Assembly: GCA_963742595.1 (NCBI GenBank)
Contig: CAVUMT010000001.1
Span: 1,767,633-1,831,632 of the forward strand
Reading direction: 5' to 3'
DNA: 64,000 nt
Source of the DNA: an uncultured Acidobacteriota bacterium
GTDB lineage: Bacteria > Acidobacteriota > Vicinamibacteria > Fen-336
The stretch's first letter is position 1, and every line of letters begins with the position of its first letter. Positions 23,312 through 31,054 of this stretch are shown here, one piece after another. The position numbers and the translations under genes are program-made. The notes beneath the pieces were generated by a model. That model saw only the letters and a list, made by a program, of their open reading frames with translations. It did no database searches and was not told where the DNA came from.

Positions 23312-24995
23312 ATGAAGGGACGAATCACGGCCGCTTGGGCGCTGGCGACCCTCCTGCCCCTGGCCGGTTCGGCCTGGGCGCAGAGTTCGGCGTCCGGGTC
23401 GACTGAGGAAAAGGGATCCACGAGAACGGTCAAGAAGGAAGACATCAAGACGTGGACGATGACCGTCGACGGAAAGGAATGGAGCGTACGACCGGCCGCC
23501 CCCACCGTCGACGGGGACACCGGCCTCTTCCGACTTTCCTCGGCCTACACGCTTCCGCGGCGCGCGTTCTCCTTGAGCCTCGGCCGCGACAACTACGACC
23601 GCGATCCCAAGGGGATCGACTACTCCGAGCACGGGCTCAACGTCGGCTACGGCGCGACGGATCGAGCTCGAGCTCTTCGGCCACATCGGGGTGCAGCACC
23701 GGACGAAGGCCCACTATCTCTTCCAGCCGGGCTTCTGGAACGAGGCCCCCTTCATCAACTCGGGCTGGGAGACGGGCTTCGGCGACATCAGGATCGGAGC
23801 CAAGTACAAGATCCTCGACGACTACCTGGGCGAGGGCGTGGGCCTCGCCTTGAAGGGCAAGGTCAAGTTCGGCACCGCGGACGAGGCGAAGGGCCTCGGC
23901 ACGGGAACGACCGCGTTCGGGGTGGACCTCGTCCTGTCCAAGACCATCAACTACGCGGTGGACCTCCACGCGTCGATCGGCTACGAGGTCACGGGAGATC
24001 CGGACGGCGTCGATCTCGCCAACGCCTTCAAGTGGGGCGTCGGCCTGAACATTCCCGCCTGCCGCTGGTTCCAGCTCCAGGCCGAGGTGACGGGCAAGGT
24101 CTACGGCGACACGGCGCCGCACCAGACCGATGCCACCGACCTCATCATCGGCCCGGCGGTCTGGTTCGCCAAGGGCTGGTTCGTCCGCCCGGCTTACTCC
24201 TACGCGCTCAACTACGACGACCACGGGGTGGGCGGGTCCACGGCCAAGAAGTCCGGCATTCAATTTCGCGGTGGGCTACCACGGCGGGACGCCGTGCTGC
24301 GAGGTGTACGTGCCGCCCCCGCCGCCGCCGGCACCGGTCAACCGGCCGCCTACGGTGTCCCTCGACTGCGTCAAGGACACGGTTCTCCAGGGTGAGACGA
24401 CGCCCTGCAACGCGACCGCGGCCGACCCCGACGGCGACCCCCTGACCTACACCTGGTCCACGAGCGCGGGGCGCATCACCGGCACCGGCGCCAACACCAC
24501 CCTCGATACCGGCGGCGTTCCCTGCGACACCACGATCACGGTGACCGTGCAGGTCTCGGACGGCCGCGGCGGCACGGCGAGCGCTATCGGACTCGCGTCC
24601 GCGTCCGCTGCCCGGAGAAGGCGAAGCCCGAAGCGGTGACCTGCACGTCCGGCGGCTTCCCGCGGAACCTGGCCCGCCTGAACAACGTGGACAAGGCCTG
24701 CCTGGACGACGTGGCCAGCAAGCTCCGGTCCGATCCGCGCAGCCGCGTGGTCGTCGTGGGCCATGCCGACAGCTCCGAGCGCTACGCCGACGTCACGGGC
24801 CGCAAGCGCGCGGAGGCGGTGAGGAACTACCTCGTCAAGGAGCGCGGAGTCGAAGAGGCCCGCGTCACCGCGAAGAGCGCCGGCGCCACCAAGCCCCTCG
24901 ACACCGGCAAGACCGCCGCCGCCCGGGCCAAGAACCGGCGCGTCGACGTGATCTTCGTGCCGGAGGGCGCGACCGTGCCGGAGGACGACGACTAG
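23312..24995 (+). CDS. OmpA-family outer membrane protein (signal peptide, beta-barrel region, PKD-like domain, C-terminal OmpA peptidoglycan-binding domain), about 3 frameshifts
   Basis: Signal MKGRITAAWALATLLPLAGSAWAQ. PKD-like DPDGDPLTYTWSTSAG. OmpA_C motifs VVVVGHADSSERYADVTGRKRAEAVRNYLV...NRRVDVIFV. Confidence 0.7.
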
Positions 24996-25016
24996 CGCGT
25001 CGCTTCCGTTTCCTTC

Positions 25017-25051
25017 AGGGGCGCGGCCTTCGGGTCGCGCCCCTTTTTTCT

Positions 25052-25052
<1 letters not shown>
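25017..25052 (+). terminator. rho-independent terminator (11-bp GC stem, TTCG loop, T6 run)
   Basis: agggGCGCGGCC ttcg GGTCGCGCCCC followed by TTTTTTCTT immediately after the ompA-like stop. Confidence 0.8.
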
Positions 25053-26281
<1,229 letters not shown>

Positions 26282-26364
26282 GACCGTCTCCCATTCTCGG
26301 CCGGCGGCGCACGAGGGGCAACGCCGTGCTTCACACGCGGAGCGGGCATGCTCCAAAATCGCTC

Positions 26365-26393
26365 TTGACAGTTTGGAGGTCGGTACCTACATT
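26365..26393 (+). promoter_or_regulatory. near-consensus sigma70-type promoter (TTGACA-17 nt-TACATT) driving a short transcript toward the tRNA island
   Basis: ctcTTGACAgtttggaggtcggtaccTACATTgggg in the AT-richer rtcB / tRNA-island intergenic region. Exact 17-nt spacer. Confidence 0.55.
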
Positions 26394-26399
26394 GGGGTG

Positions 26400-26637
26400 C
26401 TGAGACTCAAGTGACGATTCGAATTCTCAATTCGAAGTGCACGTCGGTGGCGAGGCCATCTTATTTGGCCGCGCTACGACCCGTCGTCGGCGTGTCGATA
26501 TCCATGGCCGAGCTCTGGATCGACCGGCTGAGCGGCGCGCTGGATAGCGGGAAGGAGGGCGAAACGCCCTAAAGGGTCTGCACTCATTGAGAAACAGGCC
26601 TTCTAGGGCGATCCCCTTGAAGGCCTTTTTTTGTTTT
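26400..26637 (+). ncRNA. candidate small RNA (~235 nt) bounded by the promoter above and an intrinsic terminator
   Basis: No convincing CDS (only a 22-aa ORF at 26504-26572 without an SD). Perfect 8-bp inverted repeat ttcgaatt-ctc-aattcgaa (26418-26436). Possible long-range pairing tctcaat / attgaga and gtgca / tgcac closing about 130 nt. Confidence 0.3.
26596..26637 (+). terminator. rho-independent terminator (aggccttc ... gaaggcct stem followed by TTTTTTTGTTTT)
   Basis: 8-bp stem, 15-nt loop with internal ggg/ccc, T7 run on the plus strand only. Confidence 0.7.
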
Positions 26638-26794
26638 GGTCTGCACTCCGCGGAAATACCGGAGCCAGGCCGGAGGGAGGTTGTGTCTTCGCGACGGGAG
26701 AGTCGTTAGGTGCCGTGGGCTCACCAGCTCGAAAGAGCGGGGTCTTTGACAACCGACGCATGTCGATGGGCCGGTGAACGACACCGGTCCATGT

Positions 26795-26868
26795 TCGGCC
26801 TGGGTGTGGAGGAAGCATCCCACGCTGCCCGCGTGGGGGGACGGGTTCGATTCCCGTAGGCCGATCCA
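26795..26868 (+). tRNA. tRNA-Gly(GCC)-like, non-canonical (D-arm does not fold canonically; pyrimidine at position 37)
   Basis: Acceptor tcggcct/aggccga. T-arm acggg-ttcgatt-cccgt. Anticodon stem ccacg/cgtgg with loop ctGCCcg. CCA encoded. Confidence 0.45.
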
Positions 26869-26870
26869 GA

Positions 26871-26945
26871 GCGAGTGTCGTCCAACGGCAGGACCTCGGG
26901 CCTCCAACCCGATGACGACCGGTTCGAATCCGGCCACTCGCTCCA
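26871..26945 (+). tRNA. tRNA-Gly(UCC) with C at position 33
   Basis: Acceptor gcgagtg/cactcgc. D-stem gtcc/ggac. Anticodon stem tcggg/cccga with loop ccTCCaa. T-loop ttcgaat. Discriminator t, CCA. 2 nt after the previous tRNA. Confidence 0.6.
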
Positions 26946-26951
26946 CGTTCC

Positions 26952-27021
26952 CCCTCTGTCAACGCAGCATGCCGGGCCCTTGACCCGTGCGGTGGTGGTT
27001 CGAGTCCACCCGGAGGGACCA
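26952..27021 (+). tRNA. degenerate 70-nt tRNA-like element (acceptor and T-arm intact; D and anticodon arms do not fold canonically)
   Basis: Acceptor ccctctg/cggaggg with one G-U pair. T-arm ggtgg-ttcgagt-ccacc. Discriminator a, CCA. The central 40 nt give no assignable anticodon. Confidence 0.3.
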
Positions 27022-27049
27022 GTAGCGAATCCGTTCATGGCCACCATCT

Positions 27050-27125
27050 CGGCTCGTGGCGCAATCGGTAGACGCGGCACGTTCAGACCGTGCAGATCGG
27101 GGTTCGAATCCCCGCGAGCCGACCA
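27050..27125 (+). tRNA. tRNA-Leu(CAG)-like with Leu-type D-arm but no long variable arm (class II converted to class I)
   Basis: Acceptor cggctcg/cgagccg. D-arm tggcgcaatcggtagacgcg closely matches bacterial tRNA-Leu. Anticodon stem gcacg/cgtgc with loop ttCAGac. Variable region only agat. T-arm cgggg-ttcgaat-ccccg. A73, CCA. Confidence 0.5.
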
Positions 27126-27155
27126 TCCCCGCGTCACGCGCGGGACCATCCCGGG

Positions 27156-27229
27156 GGGGACATAGTCGAAGGGAAAGACACCGCGTTGTCAGTGCGGCAG
27201 TACGGGTTCGAGTCCCGTTGTCCTCGCCA
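27156..27229 (+). tRNA. tRNA-Asp(GUC)
   Basis: Acceptor ggggaca/tgtcctc. U8. Anticodon stem ccgcg/tgcgg with loop ttGTCag. T-arm acggg-ttcgagt-cccgt. G73, CCA. Atypical D-loop gaagggaaa. Confidence 0.7.
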
Positions 27230-27245
27230 GGATGGGCTCGTCTGT

Positions 27246-27321
27246 TGCGGAGGGAAGGGACGGCGACCTTGGAGGTCTCATAAGCCTCGAAATGCGGGTT
27301 CGATTCCCGCCTCCGCCACCA
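27246..27321 (+). tRNA. tRNA-Met or tRNA-Ile2 (CAU)
   Basis: Acceptor tgcggag/ctccgcc with a 1:72 mismatch. Anticodon stem gaggt/gcctc with loop ctCATaa. T-arm gcggg-ttcgatt-cccgc. A73, CCA. Confidence 0.6.
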
Positions 27322-27323
27322 AT

Positions 27324-27397
27324 AGCCGGTTCGTCCAATGGCAGGACAGCGGTCCTACAAACCGCATACGGGGGTTCGATTCCCTCACCGGCCACCA
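27324..27397 (+). tRNA. tRNA-Val(UAC) with C at position 33
   Basis: Acceptor agccggt/accggcc. D-stem gtcc/ggac. Anticodon stem gcggt/accgc with loop ccTACaa. T-arm ggggg-ttcgatt-ccctc. A73, CCA. 2 nt after the previous tRNA. Confidence 0.6.
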
Positions 27398-27405
27398 GTC
27401 TCGAT

Positions 27406-27481
27406 GGTGAGCGTAAGATAACGGCCATTCGGGGAGGCTGTGTCCCTCCCAGTGCCGGTTCGATTCCGGCCGCTCACCCCA
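27406..27481 (+). tRNA. tRNA-His(GUG) with G-1:C73
   Basis: Extra 5' G before acceptor gtgagcg/cgctcac with discriminator C (the His identity pair). Anticodon stem ggagg/cctcc with loop ctGTGtc (U37). T-arm gccgg-ttcgatt-ccggc. CCA. Confidence 0.65.
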
Positions 27482-27487
27482 GAACAC

Positions 27488-27562
27488 GTCGACGAAGTGT
27501 TACCGGAAGCACGGCGCCCTCGTAACGCGCAAGCGCGGGTTCGACCGCCGCCGTCGGCTCCA
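27488..27562 (+). tRNA. tRNA-Thr(CGU)
   Basis: Acceptor gtcgacg/cgtcggc. D-stem gtgt/gcac. Anticodon loop ctCGTaa. T-loop ttcgacc with a G:G mismatch at 53:61. U73, CCA. Confidence 0.55.
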
Positions 27563-27566
27563 CTCC

Positions 27567-27642
27567 GACCAGCGAGCTTGTGTGGTCATAGCGCTCGGCT
27601 GAAGCCCGAGAGAACGTGGTTCGATTCCACGGCTGGTCACCA
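27567..27642 (+). tRNA. tRNA-Phe(GAA)
   Basis: Acceptor gaccagc/gctggtc. D-arm agcttgtgtggtcatagc. Anticodon stem ctcgg/ccgag with loop ctGAAgc (G37). T-arm cgtgg-ttcgatt-ccacg. A73, CCA. Confidence 0.65.
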
Positions 27643-27646
27643 ACCT

Positions 27647-27760
27647 TCGCTCACGCTTGTCAACCAAGGCGTGAGCTACGGTTGGCAAGCCACGCAAAGG
27701 TTGTCCGCCGTAGCATTCGCGAAGGCGGACCCAACATTCCACTCTTTCGTCAGCACTCTC
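27647..27760 (+). other. highly structured leader region between the tRNA array and the MopB gene (stacked stable hairpins)
   Basis: Hairpin gctcacgc-N12-gcgtgagc (27647-27676). Hairpin gctacgg-N26-ccgtagc. Hairpin tccgcc-N14-ggcgga. Downstream tRNA T-arm remnant ggcggttcgattgaatcga at about 27797-27815. Confidence 0.4.
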
Positions 27761-27923
27761 AGACGGCGCTAAGAAGCTGAAAAGCGGTGCCGTTACGGCG
27801 GTTCGATTGAATCGATTTCCGTCGTACGCGATTCCTTCCGGGAAGAACAGCAGGTGCTGCGGCCACTCGGTACGCTTCACCCTCTGGAGACCGAGGCGAT
27901 CGGACCTACAATGGCAGCAGGCC

Positions 27924-29951
27924 ATGTCGATCCAGATCGTTCGCGGCGCCTGCGGGCACGACTGCCCGGACACGTGCAGTTGGATAGTGGAAGCGCAGAA
28001 CGGTACTGCCGGGAAGCTGTACGGCGACCCGGCGCATCCGTTCACCCGCGGCACCCTCTGCGCCAAGGTTAACCATTATCTCGAGCGCGTCTACCACCCC
28101 GATCGCGTCCTCCATCCGCTGAAGCGCGCGGGCCGCAAGGGCGAGGGACAGTTCGTCCGCGTAACCTGGGACGAGGCGCTGACCGAGATCGCGGCGCGGT
28201 GGAAGGCGATCGTCGAGGAATCGGGCGCCGAAGCCATCCTGCCCTACAGCTCGGCGGGCGTGCAGGGGCTGATTCAGCAGGCCTCGCTCGACATGCGGCT
28301 GTTCGGGTCGATGGGGTGCAGCGGCCTCGATCGCAACATCTGCGGCGCGGTCGCTTCCGCGGGCCTCACGTCCACGATTGGAACCGGGACCGGAATCGAT
28401 CCGGAGGAAGTTGTCCATAGCCGGTACGTCGTGTTGTGGGGGACGAACACGATCGTCACGAACCTCCACTTCTGGCCGTTCGTGCGCGAGGCGCAGCGTC
28501 GGGGCGCGAAGATCATCGTGGTGGATCCGGTCCGAACCCGCACTGCGGAAGCGGCCGACTGGCACCTTGCGATCAAGCCGGCCAGCGACGCGGCGCTGGC
28601 GCTCGCGATGATGCACGTCATCGTCCGCGACGGCCTGGTGGATCACGAGTACGTCTCGCGGTATGCGGTCGGGTACGAGGCGCTCGCGGAGCACGTGCGG
28701 CAATACGCTCCGGAGAGCGTGGCGAACACGGTCGGCCTGCCGGCGAGCGACATCGAGCGATTCGCGCGCGAGTACGCGACGACGCAGCCGTGCCTGCTGC
28801 GGCCGCTCATCGGCCCCGAGCACCATCGCAACGGCGCGATGCAGTTCCGTACGATGGCCTGCCTTCCGGTACTGACCGGAGCATGGAGGCATCGCGGCGG
28901 CGGCCTCGCCCGGTCCACGCACAAGCTGCAGTTCGCGGTGCTGGCCAAGGATCGCGTGGAAATGCCGGAGGTGCACAAGCCCGGCGTCCGCGTGCTGAAC
29001 ATGCGCGATCTCGGCAAGGATCTGTGCGACCTGCGGCCACCGATCCGATCGCTCATCGTCTATGGCGCCAATCCGATGGTGTCGATGCCGAATCAGAGCC
29101 GGATTCGCGAAGGCCTCCTGCGCGACGACCTGTTCGCGGTCGTGCAAGACCTGTTCGTCACGGACACCGCGTTGTACGCCGACTACGTGCTGCCGGCCAC
29201 GAGCCAGATCGAGCATCTGGATCTGTCACCCGCCTGGGGGCACCTGTATCTGGCGTTGAATCGCCCGGCCATCGCGCCGCGCGGCGAGTCGGTGTCGAAC
29301 ACCGAGCTCTTCCGACGGCTGGCACGGGCGCTGGGCCGCACGGAGGCGTACTTGTTCGAGAGCGACGAGTCCATGCTGCGCGCGGCGCTGGCGAGCGGGC
29401 ATCCGTGGCTCGACGGGATCACGTACGAACGGTTGTGGAAACAGGGATACGCGCGTCTGAACCGTCCGGAGGACTGGCGCCCCTTTGCAAACGGCGGGTT
29501 CCCGACGCGGAGCGGGAAGGCAGAGCTCTACTCCGAGCCGCTGCGCGAGGCCGGGCACGACCCGCTGCCATCGCCCGGCGAGATTCGATCGAACGGCGGC
29601 CTGCAGTTGATCACCGGGAAGCAGCTGCACTTCCTGAATTCGGGATACAGCAACCAGGACCGGCATCGCCGGCGGGCGGGCGAGTTGTTCATCGAGATCC
29701 ACCCCGACGACGCGAGGACGCGAGGGGTCGCCAACGGGGATTACGTGTCCGTCCGAAACGGGAGCGGCGAAGTGCGCGCCGTCTGCCGTGTATCGGACCG
29801 CGTCCGGCCGGGCGTGGCCTGGATGCCATTCGGCGGCTTCACGGATGCGGGTGGCAAGCGCCTCTCGGTCAACGTCCTCACCCAGGAGGAGCCGACCGAT
29901 TGGGGCGGCGGAAGCGGTTTGTACGATGCGTTCGTAGAGGTTGAGCGCTAA
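27924..29951 (+). CDS. molybdopterin-dependent oxidoreductase, MopB family (assimilatory nitrate reductase / formate-dehydrogenase-like catalytic subunit), cytoplasmic
   Basis: N-terminal 4Fe-4S motif CGHDCPDTCSW. Molybdopterin_binding and molydop_binding domains throughout. 675 aa, intact. No Tat signal and no partner subunit genes. ATG at 27924; the ORF-track TTG at 27807 lies inside the tRNA-remnant region. Confidence 0.75.
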   Translation: MSIQIVRGACGHDCPDTCSWIVEAQNGTAGKLYGDPAHPFTRGTLCAKVNHYLERVYHPDRVLHPLKRAGRKGEGQFVRVTWDEALTEIAARWKAIVEESGAEAILPYSSAGVQGLIQQASLDMRLFGSMGCSGLDRNICGAVASAGLTSTIGTGTGIDPEEVVHSRYVVLWGTNTIVTNLHFWPFVREAQRRGAKIIVVDPVRTRTAEAADWHLAIKPASDAALALAMMHVIVRDGLVDHEYVSRYAVGYEALAEHVRQYAPESVANTVGLPASDIERFAREYATTQPCLLRPLIGPEHHRNGAMQFRTMACLPVLTGAWRHRGGGLARSTHKLQFAVLAKDRVEMPEVHKPGVRVLNMRDLGKDLCDLRPPIRSLIVYGANPMVSMPNQSRIREGLLRDDLFAVVQDLFVTDTALYADYVLPATSQIEHLDLSPAWGHLYLALNRPAIAPRGESVSNTELFRRLARALGRTEAYLFESDESMLRAALASGHPWLDGITYERLWKQGYARLNRPEDWRPFANGGFPTRSGKAELYSEPLREAGHDPLPSPGEIRSNGGLQLITGKQLHFLNSGYSNQDRHRRRAGELFIEIHPDDARTRGVANGDYVSVRNGSGEVRAVCRVSDRVRPGVAWMPFGGFTDAGGKRLSVNVLTQEEPTDWGGGSGLYDAFVEVER

Positions 29952-30102
29952 GTTAGGGTCCAGGCCCTTCCACATACTGTCGAGCACTTTGCGCGACTCG
30001 CGCAGGATGTCTAGACCGGCGCGCGGTGATCTTCACGCAGCGCCGCGGCTTTCCGCCGCGCTCAGGGGTGGAATCGCTCATCGAGGACGTCAACAGGCCC
30101 TT

Positions 30103-30267
30103 CTATTCGAGGCGGCGTAGAGTGATGTACACCGCAGCTGGTGCGACGGTCCTTCCGGTTCGTCGGTGGATTTCGTCCACGATGGGCACACCATAGACGC
30201 CATCGCCGAGGTGGAGAATCGCGAGGAGGACCATGTGCTCGAACTCGCCGAGCGCTTCCCGAGTCAT
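30103..30267 (-). pseudogene. PadR family transcriptional regulator interrupted by an in-frame TAG after the HTH
   Basis: MTREALGEFEHMVLLAILHLGDGVYGVPIVDEIHRRTGRTVAPAAVYITLRRLE-TAG-KGLLTSS...; the PadR-like sequence continues downstream of the stop. Confidence 0.55.
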
Positions 30268-30436
30268 GCCGCACCCGCGTTCAGCGATGTCTGGTCCAAC
30301 AACGACAAAAACATACAACGCTAATAATAAGGACGGCCGGCACGGTTTGTTCACGGTGCGTTCCGAAGCGAGTTCACACGCCTGACCCATTCGCCAATCC
30401 GGTTCCAACTCGCGAAAATGCGGCTCACCAACCGCT

Positions 30437-30511
30437 CCCCTCGTAGGCTAATGCATAGACCACCGGGTTACGAACCCGTCAGTGGAGGTTGGAGTCCTCC
30501 CGAGGGGACCA
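30437..30511 (+). tRNA. tRNA-Arg(ACG) with G at T-loop position 56 and a D-loop lacking GG
   Basis: Acceptor cccctcg/cgagggg. U8. Anticodon loop ttACGaa. T-arm ggagg-ttGgagt-cctcc. D-loop aatgcat (possible C19:G56 swap). A73, CCA. Confidence 0.6.
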
Positions 30512-30543
30512 TCCCCGCTTCGTCTAACGCACAGACGCATCAT

Positions 30544-30635
30544 CCCGGTCGGGAGGCCAGCGCCTCGAGCGGGCTTATACCCCGTTGCGCCAGATCAGCG
30601 CCTAGATCCAGGGGCAGCACCTGGGGCCGGGACCA
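30544..30635 (+). tRNA. class-II-sized (92 nt) tRNA-like element with non-TPsiC T-loop; anticodon unassigned (possibly UAU)
   Basis: Acceptor cccggtc/ggccggg with a G-U pair. A73, CCA. T-stem ccagg/cctgg with loop ggcagca. Candidate anticodon stem gcggg/cccgt with loop ctTATac. Confidence 0.25.
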
Positions 30636-30636
30636 C

Positions 30637-30726
30637 GGAGAGGAAAGGGCGAGCGGGGAGCCCAGCACACTGCTAACGTGCCGAGGCCAGGCGGCCGCGA
30701 GAGTTCGAATCTCTCCCTCTCCGCCA
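30637..30726 (+). tRNA. tRNA-Ser(GCU), class II
   Basis: Acceptor ggagagg/cctctcc. D-stem gggc/gccc. Anticodon loop ctGCTaa. Long variable arm cgaggccaggcggccgc. T-arm gagag-ttcgaat-ctctc. G73, CCA. Starts 1 nt after the previous element. Confidence 0.65.
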
Positions 30727-30750
30727 TTGACCTCGGGTGGCTCCTGAGTC

Positions 30751-30810
30751 AACTCCGTCCGGACGGAGTTGCTTCAGAAACTACTTGAGGTGACTCGTTC
30801 CGGAACGAGT
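30751..30810. repeat. two tandem perfect palindromes with TCCGGA cores (aactccgtcc|ggacggagtt and actcgttcc|ggaacgagt)
   Basis: 10-bp and 9-bp perfect inverted repeats 22 nt apart; the second ends exactly at the 5' end of tRNA-Cys. Confidence 0.6.
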
Positions 30811-30884
30811 GGTGGGTTGGCCGAGCGACGAGGCGCTGGCCTGCAAAGCCAGTTAGCGGGGTTTGAGTCCCCGACCCACCTCCA
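30811..30884 (+). tRNA. tRNA-Cys(GCA) with U at T-loop position 56
   Basis: Acceptor ggtgggt/acccacc. U8. Anticodon stem ctggc/gccag with loop ctGCAaa. T-arm cgggg-ttTgagt-ccccg. U73, CCA. D-loop without GG. Confidence 0.6.
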
Positions 30885-31029
30885 CCACGGATCCGAAACA
30901 GAGCTCAGCGGCGAGGCCGCGAACGAGCTGATACCCCCGGGCCGGCGGTGCGTGTCGCCCCACTTTCGTGGTCGGCGGTGCGCATTCCGCGTACGGGATC
31001 TAACGAAGGAGGTGTCAGGACTGGAGATG

Positions 31030-31054
31030 GCGGGTTCGACACCCGCCATCACCC
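31030..31054 (+). other. tRNA 3'-half fragment (T-arm plus acceptor 3' strand) without a matching 5' half
   Basis: gcggg-ttcgaca-cccgc followed by catcacc c. No complementary 5' acceptor within 80 nt upstream. No CCA. Confidence 0.35.

Noticed and set aside
26747-26775. TTGACA hexamer at 26747-26752 as the -35 of a tRNA-array promoter
   Set aside because: No acceptable -10 element at 16-18 nt spacing (ggccgg). The array promoter remains unlocated and may rely on read-through or a non-sigma70 promoter.
26584-27165. Several 70-120-aa ORFs on both strands across the tRNA array (e.g. 26603..26962 minus, 26875..27165 plus) containing the peptide GIEPV/GSNP
   Set aside because: They are translations of tRNA T-arms (GGTTCGAATCC and its complement), overlap one another in all frames and have no SD or start context. 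They are artefacts of ORF calling over tRNA genes.
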